DNA of 64,000 nt from an uncultured delta proteobacterium. Its GTDB lineage: Bacteria > Desulfobacterota > Desulfuromonadia > Desulfuromonadales > BM103. The DNA lies in assembly GCA_963715335.1 (NCBI GenBank), contig CAVQRZ010000005.1:64001-128000 (forward strand). Reading direction: 5' to 3'. Within the stretch, counting starts at the first letter, position 1; each line of letters starts with the position of its first letter. The position numbers and the translations under genes are program-made. The notes beneath the pieces are model-generated. The model saw only the letters and a program-made list of their open reading frames with translations, had not been told where the DNA came from and did no database searches. Positions 18,527-28,040 of the stretch are shown here, in pieces.

Positions 18527-21500
18527 TTATATTCCAGGAAGGCGTCGCAAATCCACGGTATAAGGGAACTCTTCGTTCGGTTCTTCTTCAGGTGGCGTCA
18601 TCGGTCCTGTCGAACCAGTGATAGGCGTAAAAGTACCAAGTCCGACAAATGCGGGCGGGGCTGTCTGTACCGAACCCGGCTCAGCGCCAAGATCCCAGAA
18701 CCGGGTGATGCGACGGGCTTCGGCCTCAAAGGCATTGACCGGGAAGACGTCGTAACTGCGTCCTCCCGGGTGGGAGACGTGGTAGGTGCAGCCGCCGATC
18801 GCCTGGCCGCTCCAGGTGTCGACAATATTAAAGACCAGCGGCGAGTGCGGCTTGATCGTCGGATGCAGCGCCGAAGGCGGCTGCCATGCCCGGTAACGGA
18901 CGCCGACGACAAATTCGCCCTTGCGACCGGTGCTGCGCAAGGCCAGTCGCCGACCATTGCAGACCACGACGTGACGCAGTTCGGTCAGCCCATTGATCCG
19001 CAGTTGCAGCCGCTCTACAGAAGAGTCGACAAACCGGGCGGTTCCCTGGCTCCCCATCTCTTCACCAAGCACGTGCCAGGGCTCAATAGCGAAGCGCAGC
19101 TCGAGCTCCATGGCATCGATATTCACAGAACCGAAGTGCGGAAAGCGGAACTCGAGGAACGGTTCAAACCATTCCAGTTCAAACGGGTAGCCCGCCCGGT
19201 TCAGGTCAACCACTACTTCCCGCATATCCTCACGGACAAAGTGCGGCAGCAGGAACCGATCGTGGAGCTCCGTGCCCCAACGCACCAGATCGTGCTCATA
19301 GGGCTTTTCCCAGAACCAGGCCACCAGGGTACGCAGGAGCAGGTTCTGCACCAAGCTCATACGGGCGTGAGGGGGCATCTCGAAAGCACGCATTTCAACC
19401 AGGCCGAGGCGTCCCGAAGAGCTGTCGGGGGAGTAAAGCTTGTCGATGCAGAACTCGGCGCGGTGGGTGTTGCCGGTCATGTCGATCAAAAGGTTGCGCA
19501 GCAGCCGGTCAACCAGCCAGGGGGCAGGCACCTCCCCTTTCGGCATCTGCTGGAACGCGATTTCGAGTTCATAAAGCGCGTCATTGCGTGCCTCGTCGAC
19601 GCGCGGGGCCTGGCTGGTCGGGCCAATAAACATTCCGGAGAAGAGATAGGAGAGCCCCGGATGGTGCTGCCAGTAGGTGACCAGGCTGCGCAGCAGGTCG
19701 GGCCGTCGCAGCACCGGACTGTCGGCCGGGGTCGCCCCGCCGATCGTGATATGGTTGCCGCCGCCGGTTCCGGAATGGCGGCCGTCGAGCATGAACTTCT
19801 CCGTACCAAGACGGCTCTGACGGGCCTCCTCGTAGAGGATCGTGGTGTTGTCCACCAGTTCCCGCCAACTGGCCGCCGGGTGGATATTGACTTCGATGAC
19901 GCCCGGGTCAGGGGTCACAAGCAGGCGCTCCAGGCGATAGTCCCGCGGCGGCTCATAGCCTTCGATGACCACTGGCATGGACAACTCTGCAGCGGTCGCC
20001 TCAATCGTCGCTACCAGGTCCAGGTAATGTTCGAGCTTCTTCAGCGGTGCCATAAAAACATGCAGGCGGCCGTCACGAGCTTCGACGCAGAGTGCCGTGT
20101 GAGGGATCTTGATCAGAGCATCCCCGCGGCGCTCATCAGCGAGCGGTTGTTCGTGAACTTCCGGATGGGCCATCACCGGCTTTTCAACCTTGCTGTACCT
20201 TTTCGCGACTTCGCCATGGGCATCCTCAAGAACCGGCAAGGCTGCGAACTGGTCGTGCTCGGCGCTAACTTCCCGTTTCTCTGGAGCCTCCCATGGCAGT
20301 GAATCAAGCGGCAGGCGCAGGCCCATCGCTGATCCGCCCGGAATCAGGAACATCTGTCCCCGACGGAACTCCCAGGGGCCGCTGTACCAGCCGCCGCTTT
20401 TTGCGTCCCACTGTAGCGGCAGAGCATAGCCGGACGGCGTTCCGAGTCCCTTGTCCAGCAACTTGGCCAGATACTGGCGTTCAAGAGAGTCTTTGAGATC
20501 GACCTTGAGCGGGTCGACATTATCCGGCAGAGTACCCTCTTTCCACAGGTAATAGAAAACATCCTCATAGCCCGGCACCACCCGTCGCGGATCAACCCCA
20601 AGACGTCTCGCCAGTTCGCTGGCGAAGCGTTCGGCGTGCTCATGAGTTATGTCGTAACTCTTGGCAATATTGGCGAGCAACTCAGGGTTCTTCCACACCG
20701 GAACACCGTCCTTGCGCCAGAAACAGCCGTAAGCCCAGCGCGGCAGCTGTTCGCCGGGATACCATTTCCCCTGGCCGAAGTGCAGCAACCCACCACTGCT
20801 GAATGACTCACGTAGACGGCGGACCAGGTTGTTGGCCAACTCCCTTTTGTGCGGACCATCAGCCTTGGTGTTCCATTCATCACCTTCCATATCATCGATC
20901 GATACGAAAGTCGGCTCACCGCCCATGGTCAGGCGGACATCTCCGCTGGTCAGGTCGGCGTCGACCTGCTCTCCCAGAGCATCAATCCGTGCCCATTGCT
21001 CATCGCTGTAGGGTTTGGTCACCCGCGGGTCTTCGTGGATACGCTTGACGCTGTTTTCGAAATCGAAGGTCACCTCGCACTTGTCCATAGAACCTGTAAC
21101 CGGAGCCGCACTGGAGTAATGCGGTGTACAGGCCAGCGGGATATGACCTTCTCCGGCAAGCAGCCCGGAGGTCGGGTCAAGTCCGATCCAGCCTGCACCG
21201 GGGATATAGACCTCGGCCCAGGCGTGCAGATCGGTAAAATCGACCTCGGTACCGGAGGGCCCGTCGAGCGATTTCTCATCGGCAGTCAGCTGGATCAGGT
21301 AGCCCGAAACAAAACGCGCCGCCAGCCCCAGATGGCGCAGGATCTGCACCAGCAGCCAGCCCGAGTCCCGACAGGATCCGATCTTCCGTTCAAGGGTCTC
21401 TTCGGCGGTCTGTACCCCGGGCTCCATGCGCACGGAGTAATTGACCGACTCGCGGACCATCTGGTTCAGGTTGACCAGGAAATCAACGGTCGTGGTCGGT

Positions 21501-21910
21501 GAACGATCGATCTTTTCCAGCCAGGCACTCAGCAGCGGTCCACTGTCGGTTATCTCGAAGTAAGGCGTCAGTTCCTTGCGCAATTGGGCTTCGTAAGTAA
21601 AAGGGATTTTCTCGGCAGATTCTTCAACAAAAAAATCGAACGGGTTGATGACGGTCATGTCGGCGACCACCTCGACCTCGATTCTCAGCTCGCGGGTCTT
21701 CTCAGGAAACACCAGCCGCGCCAGGTAGTTGCCAAAGGGGTCCTGCTGCCAGTTGAGAAAATGCGTATCGGGAGCGATGCGCATTGCATAGGCACGGATC
21801 GGGGTCCGCGAATGCGGTGCCGGCCGCAGGCGCAGGACGTGCGGCGAGAGGTTGATCGGCCGGTCAAAGCGGTAATGCGTGATGTGCCTGCAGGCAACGC
21901 GGATGGACAT
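18527..21910 (-). CDS. Transglutaminase-like domain fused to a putative amidoligase (DUF2126-type)
   Basis: GSCRDSG/HAW/DPT triad, then GGEPTF, DPGVIEVN, GGGNH, HRAEFCIDK. Confidence 0.88.
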   Translation of the reverse strand: MSIRVACRHITHYRFDRPINLSPHVLRLRPAPHSRTPIRAYAMRIAPDTHFLNWQQDPFGNYLARLVFPEKTRELRIEVEVVADMTVINPFDFFVEESAEKIPFTYEAQLRKELTPYFEITDSGPLLSAWLEKIDRSPTTTVDFLVNLNQMVRESVNYSVRMEPGVQTAEETLERKIGSCRDSGWLLVQILRHLGLAARFVSGYLIQLTADEKSLDGPSGTEVDFTDLHAWAEVYIPGAGWIGLDPTSGLLAGEGHIPLACTPHYSSAAPVTGSMDKCEVTFDFENSVKRIHEDPRVTKPYSDEQWARIDALGEQVDADLTSGDVRLTMGGEPTFVSIDDMEGDEWNTKADGPHKRELANNLVRRLRESFSSGGLLHFGQGKWYPGEQLPRWAYGCFWRKDGVPVWKNPELLANIAKSYDITHEHAERFASELARRLGVDPRRVVPGYEDVFYYLWKEGTLPDNVDPLKVDLKDSLERQYLAKLLDKGLGTPSGYALPLQWDAKSGGWYSGPWEFRRGQMFLIPGGSAMGLRLPLDSLPWEAPEKREVSAEHDQFAALPVLEDAHGEVAKRYSKVEKPVMAHPEVHEQPLADERRGDALIKIPHTALCVEARDGRLHVFMAPLKKLEHYLDLVATIEATAAELSMPVVIEGYEPPRDYRLERLLVTPDPGVIEVNIHPAASWRELVDNTTILYEEARQSRLGTEKFMLDGRHSGTGGGNHITIGGATPADSPVLRRPDLLRSLVTYWQHHPGLSYLFSGMFIGPTSQAPRVDEARNDALYELEIAFQQMPKGEVPAPWLVDRLLRNLLIDMTGNTHRAEFCIDKLYSPDSSSGRLGLVEMRAFEMPPHARMSLVQNLLLRTLVAWFWEKPYEHDLVRWGTELHDRFLLPHFVREDMREVVVDLNRAGYPFELEWFEPFLEFRFPHFGSVNIDAMELELRFAIEPWHVLGEEMGSQGTARFVDSSVERLQLRINGLTELRHVVVCNGRRLALRSTGRKGEFVVGVRYRAWQPPSALHPTIKPHSPLVFNIVDTWSGQAIGGCTYHVSHPGGRSYDVFPVNAFEAEARRITRFWDLGAEPGSVQTAPPAFVGLGTFTPITGSTGPMTPPEEEPNEEFPYTVDLRRLPGI

Positions 21911-21944
21911 AAACTGAATAACTCCCTGGGAATCCGTCTGATGA

Positions 21945-22934
21945 TCAGATCCCTAGCTCTGTGATTGATCTTGCACGGCAGAGGTTGCCGAGGAAATCGA
22001 GAAGAAACGTCTCGAAAACAACTTTACTTACGTCATTCAGGCGGGTCTGCAAGTCGTCGATAAACTCGTGAAGGCCAATCGCCTTGATGTCGTCAATGGT
22101 CGTGTAATCGAGGTCTGCCAGCAGACGCCCGAGCGTCTTTTCAGCGCGGTTGGTAAAGCGGCCGCGCATGGTCCCCGAAATATTGCGCAGCGATAGCTCC
22201 GCGATAATCAGGCAATGGTGAATCGCCCGCGGGAACTCGGCGTCAAGCACCATGAACTCGATAATCTGGTCGGGAACAATCTGGCCATAATCCTTGCGAT
22301 ACATTTCGAAGGCGCTGGCTGAACGCAGGATCGACCCCCAGAGGATGTGATCGTAAGGCGTGCCGACATACTCTACTGAAGGCAGCAGAATAAAATACTT
22401 GACGTCGATGATCCGGGCGGTCTTGTCTGCCCTCTCGAGCATCCTGCCGAGCCGGGCAAACTGCCAGCCATCACCGTGAGTCATGGTGTTCTGCGACAGC
22501 CCGGTAAAGAGATGGCTGGCGAGCATGACTTCAACAAAGAATTCGTGCGGGAGTTCAATCCCACCGCTGTTACGTGAGGCCTCCTTGACGAGCAGGTAGA
22601 AGGTGTTGACCTGCTGCCACATCTCGGAGCTGATCCATTCACGTACCGAGCGGGCATTTTCCCTGGCCATCTGCAGGCAGGAAAGAATCGAATTGGGATT
22701 TCTGGTGTCGAATGTCAAAAACTGGACAACGTTCTCCTCGTTGAAATCGTCGTAGAATTTTTTGAACAGGTCTTCGTCGCCGGTCGTCACGATCAGCGGC
22801 TCCCACTGCTCGCCAACGCCGCTTGGCAGGTCAAGGATCATGTGATAGTTGGCGTCCATGATCCGCGCCACGTTTTCAGCCCGCTCGACATAGCGGGCCA
22901 TCCAGTACATCGATTCAGCAACACGGCTCAGCAT
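21945..22934 (-). CDS. Alpha-E domain protein (C-terminus possibly frameshifted; corrected stop at 21953)
   Basis: [44 protein letters not shown]. Confidence 0.9.
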   Translation of the reverse strand: MLSRVAESMYWMARYVERAENVARIMDANYHMILDLPSGVGEQWEPLIVTTGDEDLFKKFYDDFNEENVVQFLTFDTRNPNSILSCLQMARENARSVREWISSEMWQQVNTFYLLVKEASRNSGGIELPHEFFVEVMLASHLFTGLSQNTMTHGDGWQFARLGRMLERADKTARIIDVKYFILLPSVEYVGTPYDHILWGSILRSASAFEMYRKDYGQIVPDQIIEFMVLDAEFPRAIHHCLIIAELSLRNISGTMRGRFTNRAEKTLGRLLADLDYTTIDDIKAIGLHEFIDDLQTRLNDVSKVVFETFLLDFLGNLCRARSITELGI

Positions 22935-24391
22935 GCGGCACCCCCTTCCATGACCGAACGGTCCTCGACCACCCAGGTATCCTTGCTGCCGCCGCCCTGG
23001 CTCGAGTTGACCACCAGGGAGCCCTTCTTCAACGCAACCCGGGTCAGGCCGCCGGGCATGACATAGATCTCCTCACCGTAGAGGATATAGGGGCGCAAGT
23101 CGACGTGCCGACCTTCGAAGTGATCGTCAATCAGGGTCGGCACCCGTGAGAGCGCGAGGGTCGGCTGGGCAATGTAATTGCGCGGATTGGCCTTGACCTG
23201 CTCGGCGTATTCGGCGCGCTCCTTCGAACTGGCGTGCGGCCCGACCAGCATGCCGTAGCCGCCCGACTCTCCGACTTTCTTCACCACCAGCTTGTCGAGA
23301 TTGGCCAACACGTGCTGCAAGTCCTTGTCGCGCCAGCAAAGATAGGTCTCGACATTATTGAGGATCGCGTCCTGGTCGAGATAGTAGCGGATCATCTCCG
23401 GGACATAGGCGTAGATGGCCTTGTCGTCGGCCACCCCGGTCCCCGGGGCGTTGGCCAGAGCGACGCGACCGGCGCGGTAGGCACGCATCAGGCCCGGGAC
23501 ACCGAGCATCGAGTCTTTGCGAAACACCTCCGGATCGATGAAATCGTCGTCGATACGCCGGTAGAGGACATCGATCGGTTTCAGACCTGCCGTCGTACGC
23601 ATCATGACACGGTCGTCAACCACCACCAGATCACTCCCCTCCACCAGTTCGATCCCCATCTGTTGAGCGAGGAAGGAATGTTCGAAGTAGGCCGAGTTGT
23701 AGACACCGGGCGTCCAGACCGCGACCACGGGTTTGTCACGGCGCGGCGGCGCGAGGAACTGCAGGAGCTCCAGTAGGCGGTTCGGGTAATCAACCACCGG
23801 CACGACGTGTGCGGCATCGAAGGCGCGCGGAAAGCTGCGTTTCATGACCACGCGGTTTTCAAGCACATAAGAGACACCCGACGGGCAGCGCAGGTTGTCT
23901 TCGAGCACATAGAACTGCCCGTCAGCGCCGCGTACCAGGTCGGTCCCGGTGATATGGCACCAGACGCCGCCCGGGGGATTGAGACCTATACATTCCGGGC
24001 GATAACCGCTCGCCGACAGGACCAGGTCCTTCGGGATGATGCCATCCTTGAGAATTCTCTGATCATGGTAGAGATCGTCGATAAAGAGGTTGAGAGCCTG
24101 GACTCTCTGTTTGAGTCCGGCCTCCATAACGATCCATTCGTTATGAGCGATAATGCGCGGAACAATGTCGAAGGGGAAAATCCGCTCCGTGCCCTGCTCA
24201 TCTCCGTAAACGCTGAACGTGATCCCCATCTGCAACAGGGCTTTCTCTGCCGACTGCTGGCGGCGCCGGAGCTCTTCAAGGGGCAATTCGTTGAATCGAC
24301 TGACCACGGCTTCAGTGCCGGGGCGAGGGCGCCCTTCCGCATCGAACATCTCGTCGTAGAAACCGTCGAGCGAATAATTTTCAAATTGCAT
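22928..24391 (-). CDS. Circularly permuted type 2 ATP-grasp protein
   Basis: [56 protein letters not shown]. Confidence 0.92.
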   Translation of the reverse strand: MQFENYSLDGFYDEMFDAEGRPRPGTEAVVSRFNELPLEELRRRQQSAEKALLQMGITFSVYGDEQGTERIFPFDIVPRIIAHNEWIVMEAGLKQRVQALNLFIDDLYHDQRILKDGIIPKDLVLSASGYRPECIGLNPPGGVWCHITGTDLVRGADGQFYVLEDNLRCPSGVSYVLENRVVMKRSFPRAFDAAHVVPVVDYPNRLLELLQFLAPPRRDKPVVAVWTPGVYNSAYFEHSFLAQQMGIELVEGSDLVVVDDRVMMRTTAGLKPIDVLYRRIDDDFIDPEVFRKDSMLGVPGLMRAYRAGRVALANAPGTGVADDKAIYAYVPEMIRYYLDQDAILNNVETYLCWRDKDLQHVLANLDKLVVKKVGESGGYGMLVGPHASSKERAEYAEQVKANPRNYIAQPTLALSRVPTLIDDHFEGRHVDLRPYILYGEEIYVMPGGLTRVALKKGSLVVNSSQGGGSKDTWVVEDRSVMEGGAAC

Positions 24392-24525
24392 ACCGGGTCC
24401 TTTCGTTGGCAGGGGAATATGAAGGAGATAGCCTTACGATTCAAGCCTATTCTGTGTATTATCAAATATTTTCAGTTGTTAATGATTTTCTGTTTCAAGA
24501 TAATCAGGGTCGCAATTTGCTGCTT

Positions 24526-24554
24526 ATTATACCATACTTGAAAAATCTGTGGAA
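24526..24554 (-). promoter_or_regulatory. Extended -10 promoter of the ATP-grasp operon
   Basis: Minus strand TG-g-TATAAT (24534-24526) with a weak TTCCAC 17 nt upstream. Confidence 0.55.
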
Positions 24555-24618
24555 GACGCCGGCGGCCGCCAGGCATTGCCGTGTTGCAGTGAATTCCCGC
24601 CGCGCATAGAATGGGGCC

Positions 24619-25257
24619 ATGAATTATCGCTATATCTTCTGGGACAACGATGGTGTGCTTGTCGATACGGAACGGTTTTATCTCCAGGCCAGCAGGGAAG
24701 CGCTCGCCAGGGTCGCCATTGAACTGAGCGACGAACAGTTCGCGGAGATTTCGCTGGCAGCGGGACGCAGCATCTTCGATCTCGCGGCCGGGTCCGGGGT
24801 CTCCGAGCAGTCAGTCACCGCTTTGAAAGAGTGGCGGGAAAAGCGCTATGCGAAACTTCTCTGGCAAGAGGACATTTCTCTCGACGGGGCAGCTGAGGTA
24901 CTGAATATGCTCCACGGCAGACTCGGCATGGCTGTCGTGACAAGCTCACGGAAGCATCACTTCGACATTATCCACAGCAGGACGGGTTTTCTGCCTTATT
25001 TCGACTTCTGCCTGACACGCGAGGACTACACCAACAGCAAGCCCTCAGCAGAACCGTACCAACTGGCCTTGAAACGCAGCGGGATTGAAGCAGGAGAGGT
25101 CCTCGTGATTGAAGATTCGCCACGGGGTTTGAGAGCGGCGAAAGCTGCCGGGCTGGCATGCTGGGTCCTGCCGGGACATCACACCTCAGGGCAGGATTTT
25201 GCCGAAGCCGACAGGATTCTCTCTGATATCAGGGACGTCATGGATATCACCTCGTGA
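24619..25257 (+). CDS. HAD-family phosphatase
   Basis: DNDGVLVDTE, TSS, KP, EDSPRG motifs. Confidence 0.9.
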   Translation: MNYRYIFWDNDGVLVDTERFYLQASREALARVAIELSDEQFAEISLAAGRSIFDLAAGSGVSEQSVTALKEWREKRYAKLLWQEDISLDGAAEVLNMLHGRLGMAVVTSSRKHHFDIIHSRTGFLPYFDFCLTREDYTNSKPSAEPYQLALKRSGIEAGEVLVIEDSPRGLRAAKAAGLACWVLPGHHTSGQDFAEADRILSDIRDVMDITS

Positions 25258-25306
25258 GACATTCCAGACAGCTCACTTTTTTCTCACATTTTTCTCAAAA
25301 ATACTC

Positions 25307-25335
25307 TTGCCAAGAACTTTCTGCTTTGATATATT
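25307..25335 (+). promoter_or_regulatory. Sigma70-type promoter of sRNA-B
   Basis: TTGCCA-17 nt-TATATT with extended TG; AT-rich upstream. Confidence 0.65.
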
Positions 25336-25341
25336 TCAGCC

Positions 25342-25417
25342 AACTCTTCGATTGCCTGCAAGCCGAAGAGCTTTGGACCCCGCGTATCCCCCCCCTCCTT
25401 ACGCGGGGTCTTTTTTT
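25342..25417 (+). ncRNA. Candidate ~76-nt sRNA-B with anti-SD terminator loop
   Basis: 5' stem CUCUUCG/CGAAGAG; 11-bp stem GACCCCGCGUA/UACGCGGGGUC, loop U-C8-UCCU, then U7. Confidence 0.65.
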
Positions 25418-25466
25418 GTCTTTTGCCGTCGCACTGCGCTGTCCCTGTGTCATCCTCGATTTTCTC

Positions 25467-25495
25467 TTGACGGATCCCCAAAAATTTCTTAGGAT
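25467..25495 (+). promoter_or_regulatory. Sigma70-type promoter of sRNA-C
   Basis: TTGACG-17 nt-TAGGAT. Confidence 0.65.
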
Positions 25496-25501
25496 TCACT
25501 C

Positions 25502-25566
25502 ATGTTCCCCTGACAATGGTCAGGGCTTTTGCCCCGTGATTCCCCTCCTTCGCGGGGCCATTTTTT
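25502..25566 (+). ncRNA. Candidate ~65-nt sRNA-C with anti-SD terminator loop
   Basis: 5' stem CCCUGAC/GUCAGGG; stem GCCCCGUGA/UCGCGGGGC, loop UUCCCCUCCU, then U6. Confidence 0.62.
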
Positions 25567-25578
25567 ACCCCTCCGTCG

Positions 25579-27231
25579 TCAAATTCTGAACGCCCGTAAC
25601 AGATGGGGCATCAGCTGCTTCTTCCTCGACAACACCCCTCTCAGGTCAAACCTGCCTGTAGCAATTTGCGGATAACCGACTGCAGAGATCAGGTCCTTCT
25701 CGCCACGAACGATCAACTGGCTGTTCTGTTGCACGATATCGGTCACCAGTAAGCCGGCCAGGGCCAGGCTGCGCTTCTCTGCAAGCGCTTGCAAGCCGGA
25801 GGAGATCTCTTCCAGGCGGTCGTCGAACTCCTGAAAAGTTACAACTTCAACCTGCCCGACGCCAAATCGCCTGCCTTCAACATCATATTCCTTGAAGTCG
25901 GCGGTCAGCAGCGACTCGATATCCGGATAGGCCGCAAGAGCGCTTCCAGCCTGGAACATCTGCCGGCCAAAAGCCGACGCATCCAACCCTGAGCATTGCT
26001 CCAGCCAGCCCAGCAGTTCCCGATCGGCATCGGTTGTCGTCGGCGACTTCAAGAGGACCGTATCGGACAATAATCCCGCCAGCATCAGAGCCGCAATCTT
26101 CGGTGCCGGGTCAATCCCTGCCTGCCGATAGAGCGTCGCAACCACGGAACAGGTACTTCCCAGTGGCTGGTTGATAAAGCGAATCGGCAGTTCCGTATGA
26201 AAATTACCCAGCCGGTGATGATCGATGATTTCCAGGATTTCTACCTGATCCGCACCTGGAACCGCCTGGGTCAGCTCATTATGATCGACCAGAATCAGCT
26301 TCAGGGGTGATGGCCTGAGCAGGTTGGTTTTGGTGCCGACTCCGCAAACCCTGCCATTGTCATCAATGACCAGCACTCCGGGGGCCGTACTGCGCATCAA
26401 GACCTTGCGAATTTCGTCAAGCCGGTCGTCAGGGTGCGCGCGCGGGACATCTGCTTCGGCCAGATATCGAACCGGCGTCGACAATCTCGCCAGCATGGCA
26501 CTGGTTGCCGTGTCGTAGGGCGAGCAAAGGACGGAAACCTGCTTTTCTCGGGCCAACATGACCAGGTCTTCATCGACAGGAAGATCTCCGGTTACGACCA
26601 GCAGTCTGATGCCAAGCTGAATGGCATGTTCCAGAATATTCCGGCGATCGCCGACAAAGACGACAATCCGCTGTGGGTCAACCTTTGCTAACCGCGCCTG
26701 GAAGCTCTGCGGAGACATTGCGCCGACAAACAGCTCGAGCTCCCCGGTGCGTTCGCCGTCTACCATGTTAATCGCAGTTGCCTGCAGGCAGGTCTGTATG
26801 GATTTCGGTGAAGAAAGCACCTGGCGAATCGGTTTGCCTGCGCGCGGCAGCAGGATATGTTCTGTCATACGTTTCAGGATCATGGCTCCGAGCGGGGCAC
26901 CATCGGTATCAACGACAGGGAGCATGCGGATATCGCGCTGGCGCATCAGTTCAAGGGCATTCGCCAGCGGGGCATCGGCATCGATCAGCGCCGGGCAATC
27001 TCCCACCGTGTCGCGCAATCGCGGGTAGACATCGGTCAAGAGTTGCGGCTGCAATTGCCCGATGGTATCAAGGACAAATTCAGTCTGCCTGTTAAGCCCG
27101 CCGGCCCGTCCCGGAAAGACGTTGCTTCTTCCCTGTAGCTGGCACAGCGCTGCATATGCAATTGCGCTGCAGATCGAATCCGTATCCGGGTTTCTATGGC
27201 CGACCACAAAAACTCTCTCCTGCTGGCTCAT
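25579..27231 (-). CDS. ppaC: Mn-dependent inorganic pyrophosphatase with CBS-DRTGG insert
   Basis: GHRNPDTDS, VDHNE, IDHH, SDT..LKSPTTT, SRKKQ. Confidence 0.92.
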   Translation of the reverse strand: MSQQERVFVVGHRNPDTDSICSAIAYAALCQLQGRSNVFPGRAGGLNRQTEFVLDTIGQLQPQLLTDVYPRLRDTVGDCPALIDADAPLANALELMRQRDIRMLPVVDTDGAPLGAMILKRMTEHILLPRAGKPIRQVLSSPKSIQTCLQATAINMVDGERTGELELFVGAMSPQSFQARLAKVDPQRIVVFVGDRRNILEHAIQLGIRLLVVTGDLPVDEDLVMLAREKQVSVLCSPYDTATSAMLARLSTPVRYLAEADVPRAHPDDRLDEIRKVLMRSTAPGVLVIDDNGRVCGVGTKTNLLRPSPLKLILVDHNELTQAVPGADQVEILEIIDHHRLGNFHTELPIRFINQPLGSTCSVVATLYRQAGIDPAPKIAALMLAGLLSDTVLLKSPTTTDADRELLGWLEQCSGLDASAFGRQMFQAGSALAAYPDIESLLTADFKEYDVEGRRFGVGQVEVVTFQEFDDRLEEISSGLQALAEKRSLALAGLLVTDIVQQNSQLIVRGEKDLISAVGYPQIATGRFDLRGVLSRKKQLMPHLLRAFRI

Positions 27232-28040
27232 GTGCCCTCCTTGTCCAGATAGCCTCGTACATCGCCCAAACCGATCAGATCCTCGATAATCCCTCGGCCG
27301 GGTACGCCCTGATCATCAAACCAGACATAAAGACTGCCGCTGTTGGTGTCGAATATTTCCGGATCAACATTTACCTGGATGAGCAGGCCGTGATCCGGGA
27401 AATAGTCCTTGCTGGCCTGCTCCTCGACAGTCAGAATCCTGACTTCAAAATCGACAAAACCTTTACCTGAATAAGTGGCGATCGGAATCTTTGTGCCGCG
27501 TTGCAACGGGCCATAAATTCCGGCTCGCAGGTTATAAAATGCCGTCAACATGTCGACAGGATGCTGACCCTCAGGGATATCATGCTCCTTGGTCGAACTC
27601 ACGACACCTGCCTTGAGCTTCTCTTCAGTAATCTTCCCCCGCTCGTAATCGAAACGGCGGATCTTGCCGCGGGTTTGCCACTTCCCCCACCTCTTCTTCC
27701 TGATGTGCGACACATGCTCAATACTGTCCAGAGAGCCATCCGGCAGCAATCGCATCAGTGAACTGTAGGTCTGCGTGCGATCACCCGCGAGCCACAACGC
27801 GATGCCCAGTGTCCGACCGACCAGCTCTGCGCGCAGGACGTTCGGCTCTCCGGTCTCGACCAGCCGCAGCTCCCCCTCCGCCAGCCGGGTGAAGAAGAGG
27901 AAATCGATCCCGTAAGAATAGGCTTCGCCCGTCAACTGCGACAGTGGCTTGACGACGCCGAAATCCTGTGCCCTTGTGAAACCAGGCACAGTCAAATGGA
28001 GAGAACTGAAGATAGCTATCAGCAGGCAGGAGCGTGTCAT
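27228..28040 (-). CDS. Exported protein, DUF3108-like
   Basis: True start likely MTRSCLL at 28040 (TGATG overlap); signal peptide; GE..SY.I.F and D.LTAFY.LR patterns. Confidence 0.65.
   Translation of the reverse strand: MTRSCLLIAIFSSLHLTVPGFTRAQDFGVVKPLSQLTGEAYSYGIDFLFFTRLAEGELRLVETGEPNVLRAELVGRTLGIALWLAGDRTQTYSSLMRLLPDGSLDSIEHVSHIRKKRWGKWQTRGKIRRFDYERGKITEEKLKAGVVSSTKEHDIPEGQHPVDMLTAFYNLRAGIYGPLQRGTKIPIATYSGKGFVDFEVRILTVEEQASKDYFPDHGLLIQVNVDPEIFDTNSGSLYVWFDDQGVPGRGIIEDLIGLGDVRGYLDKEGT

Noticed and set aside
18770..20302. Long antisense ORFs (for example 510 aa here, 60599-61957, 31266-32456, 56632-57729)
   Set aside because: They shadow well-supported genes on the opposite strand, as expected from GC-rich codon bias, and have no motifs.
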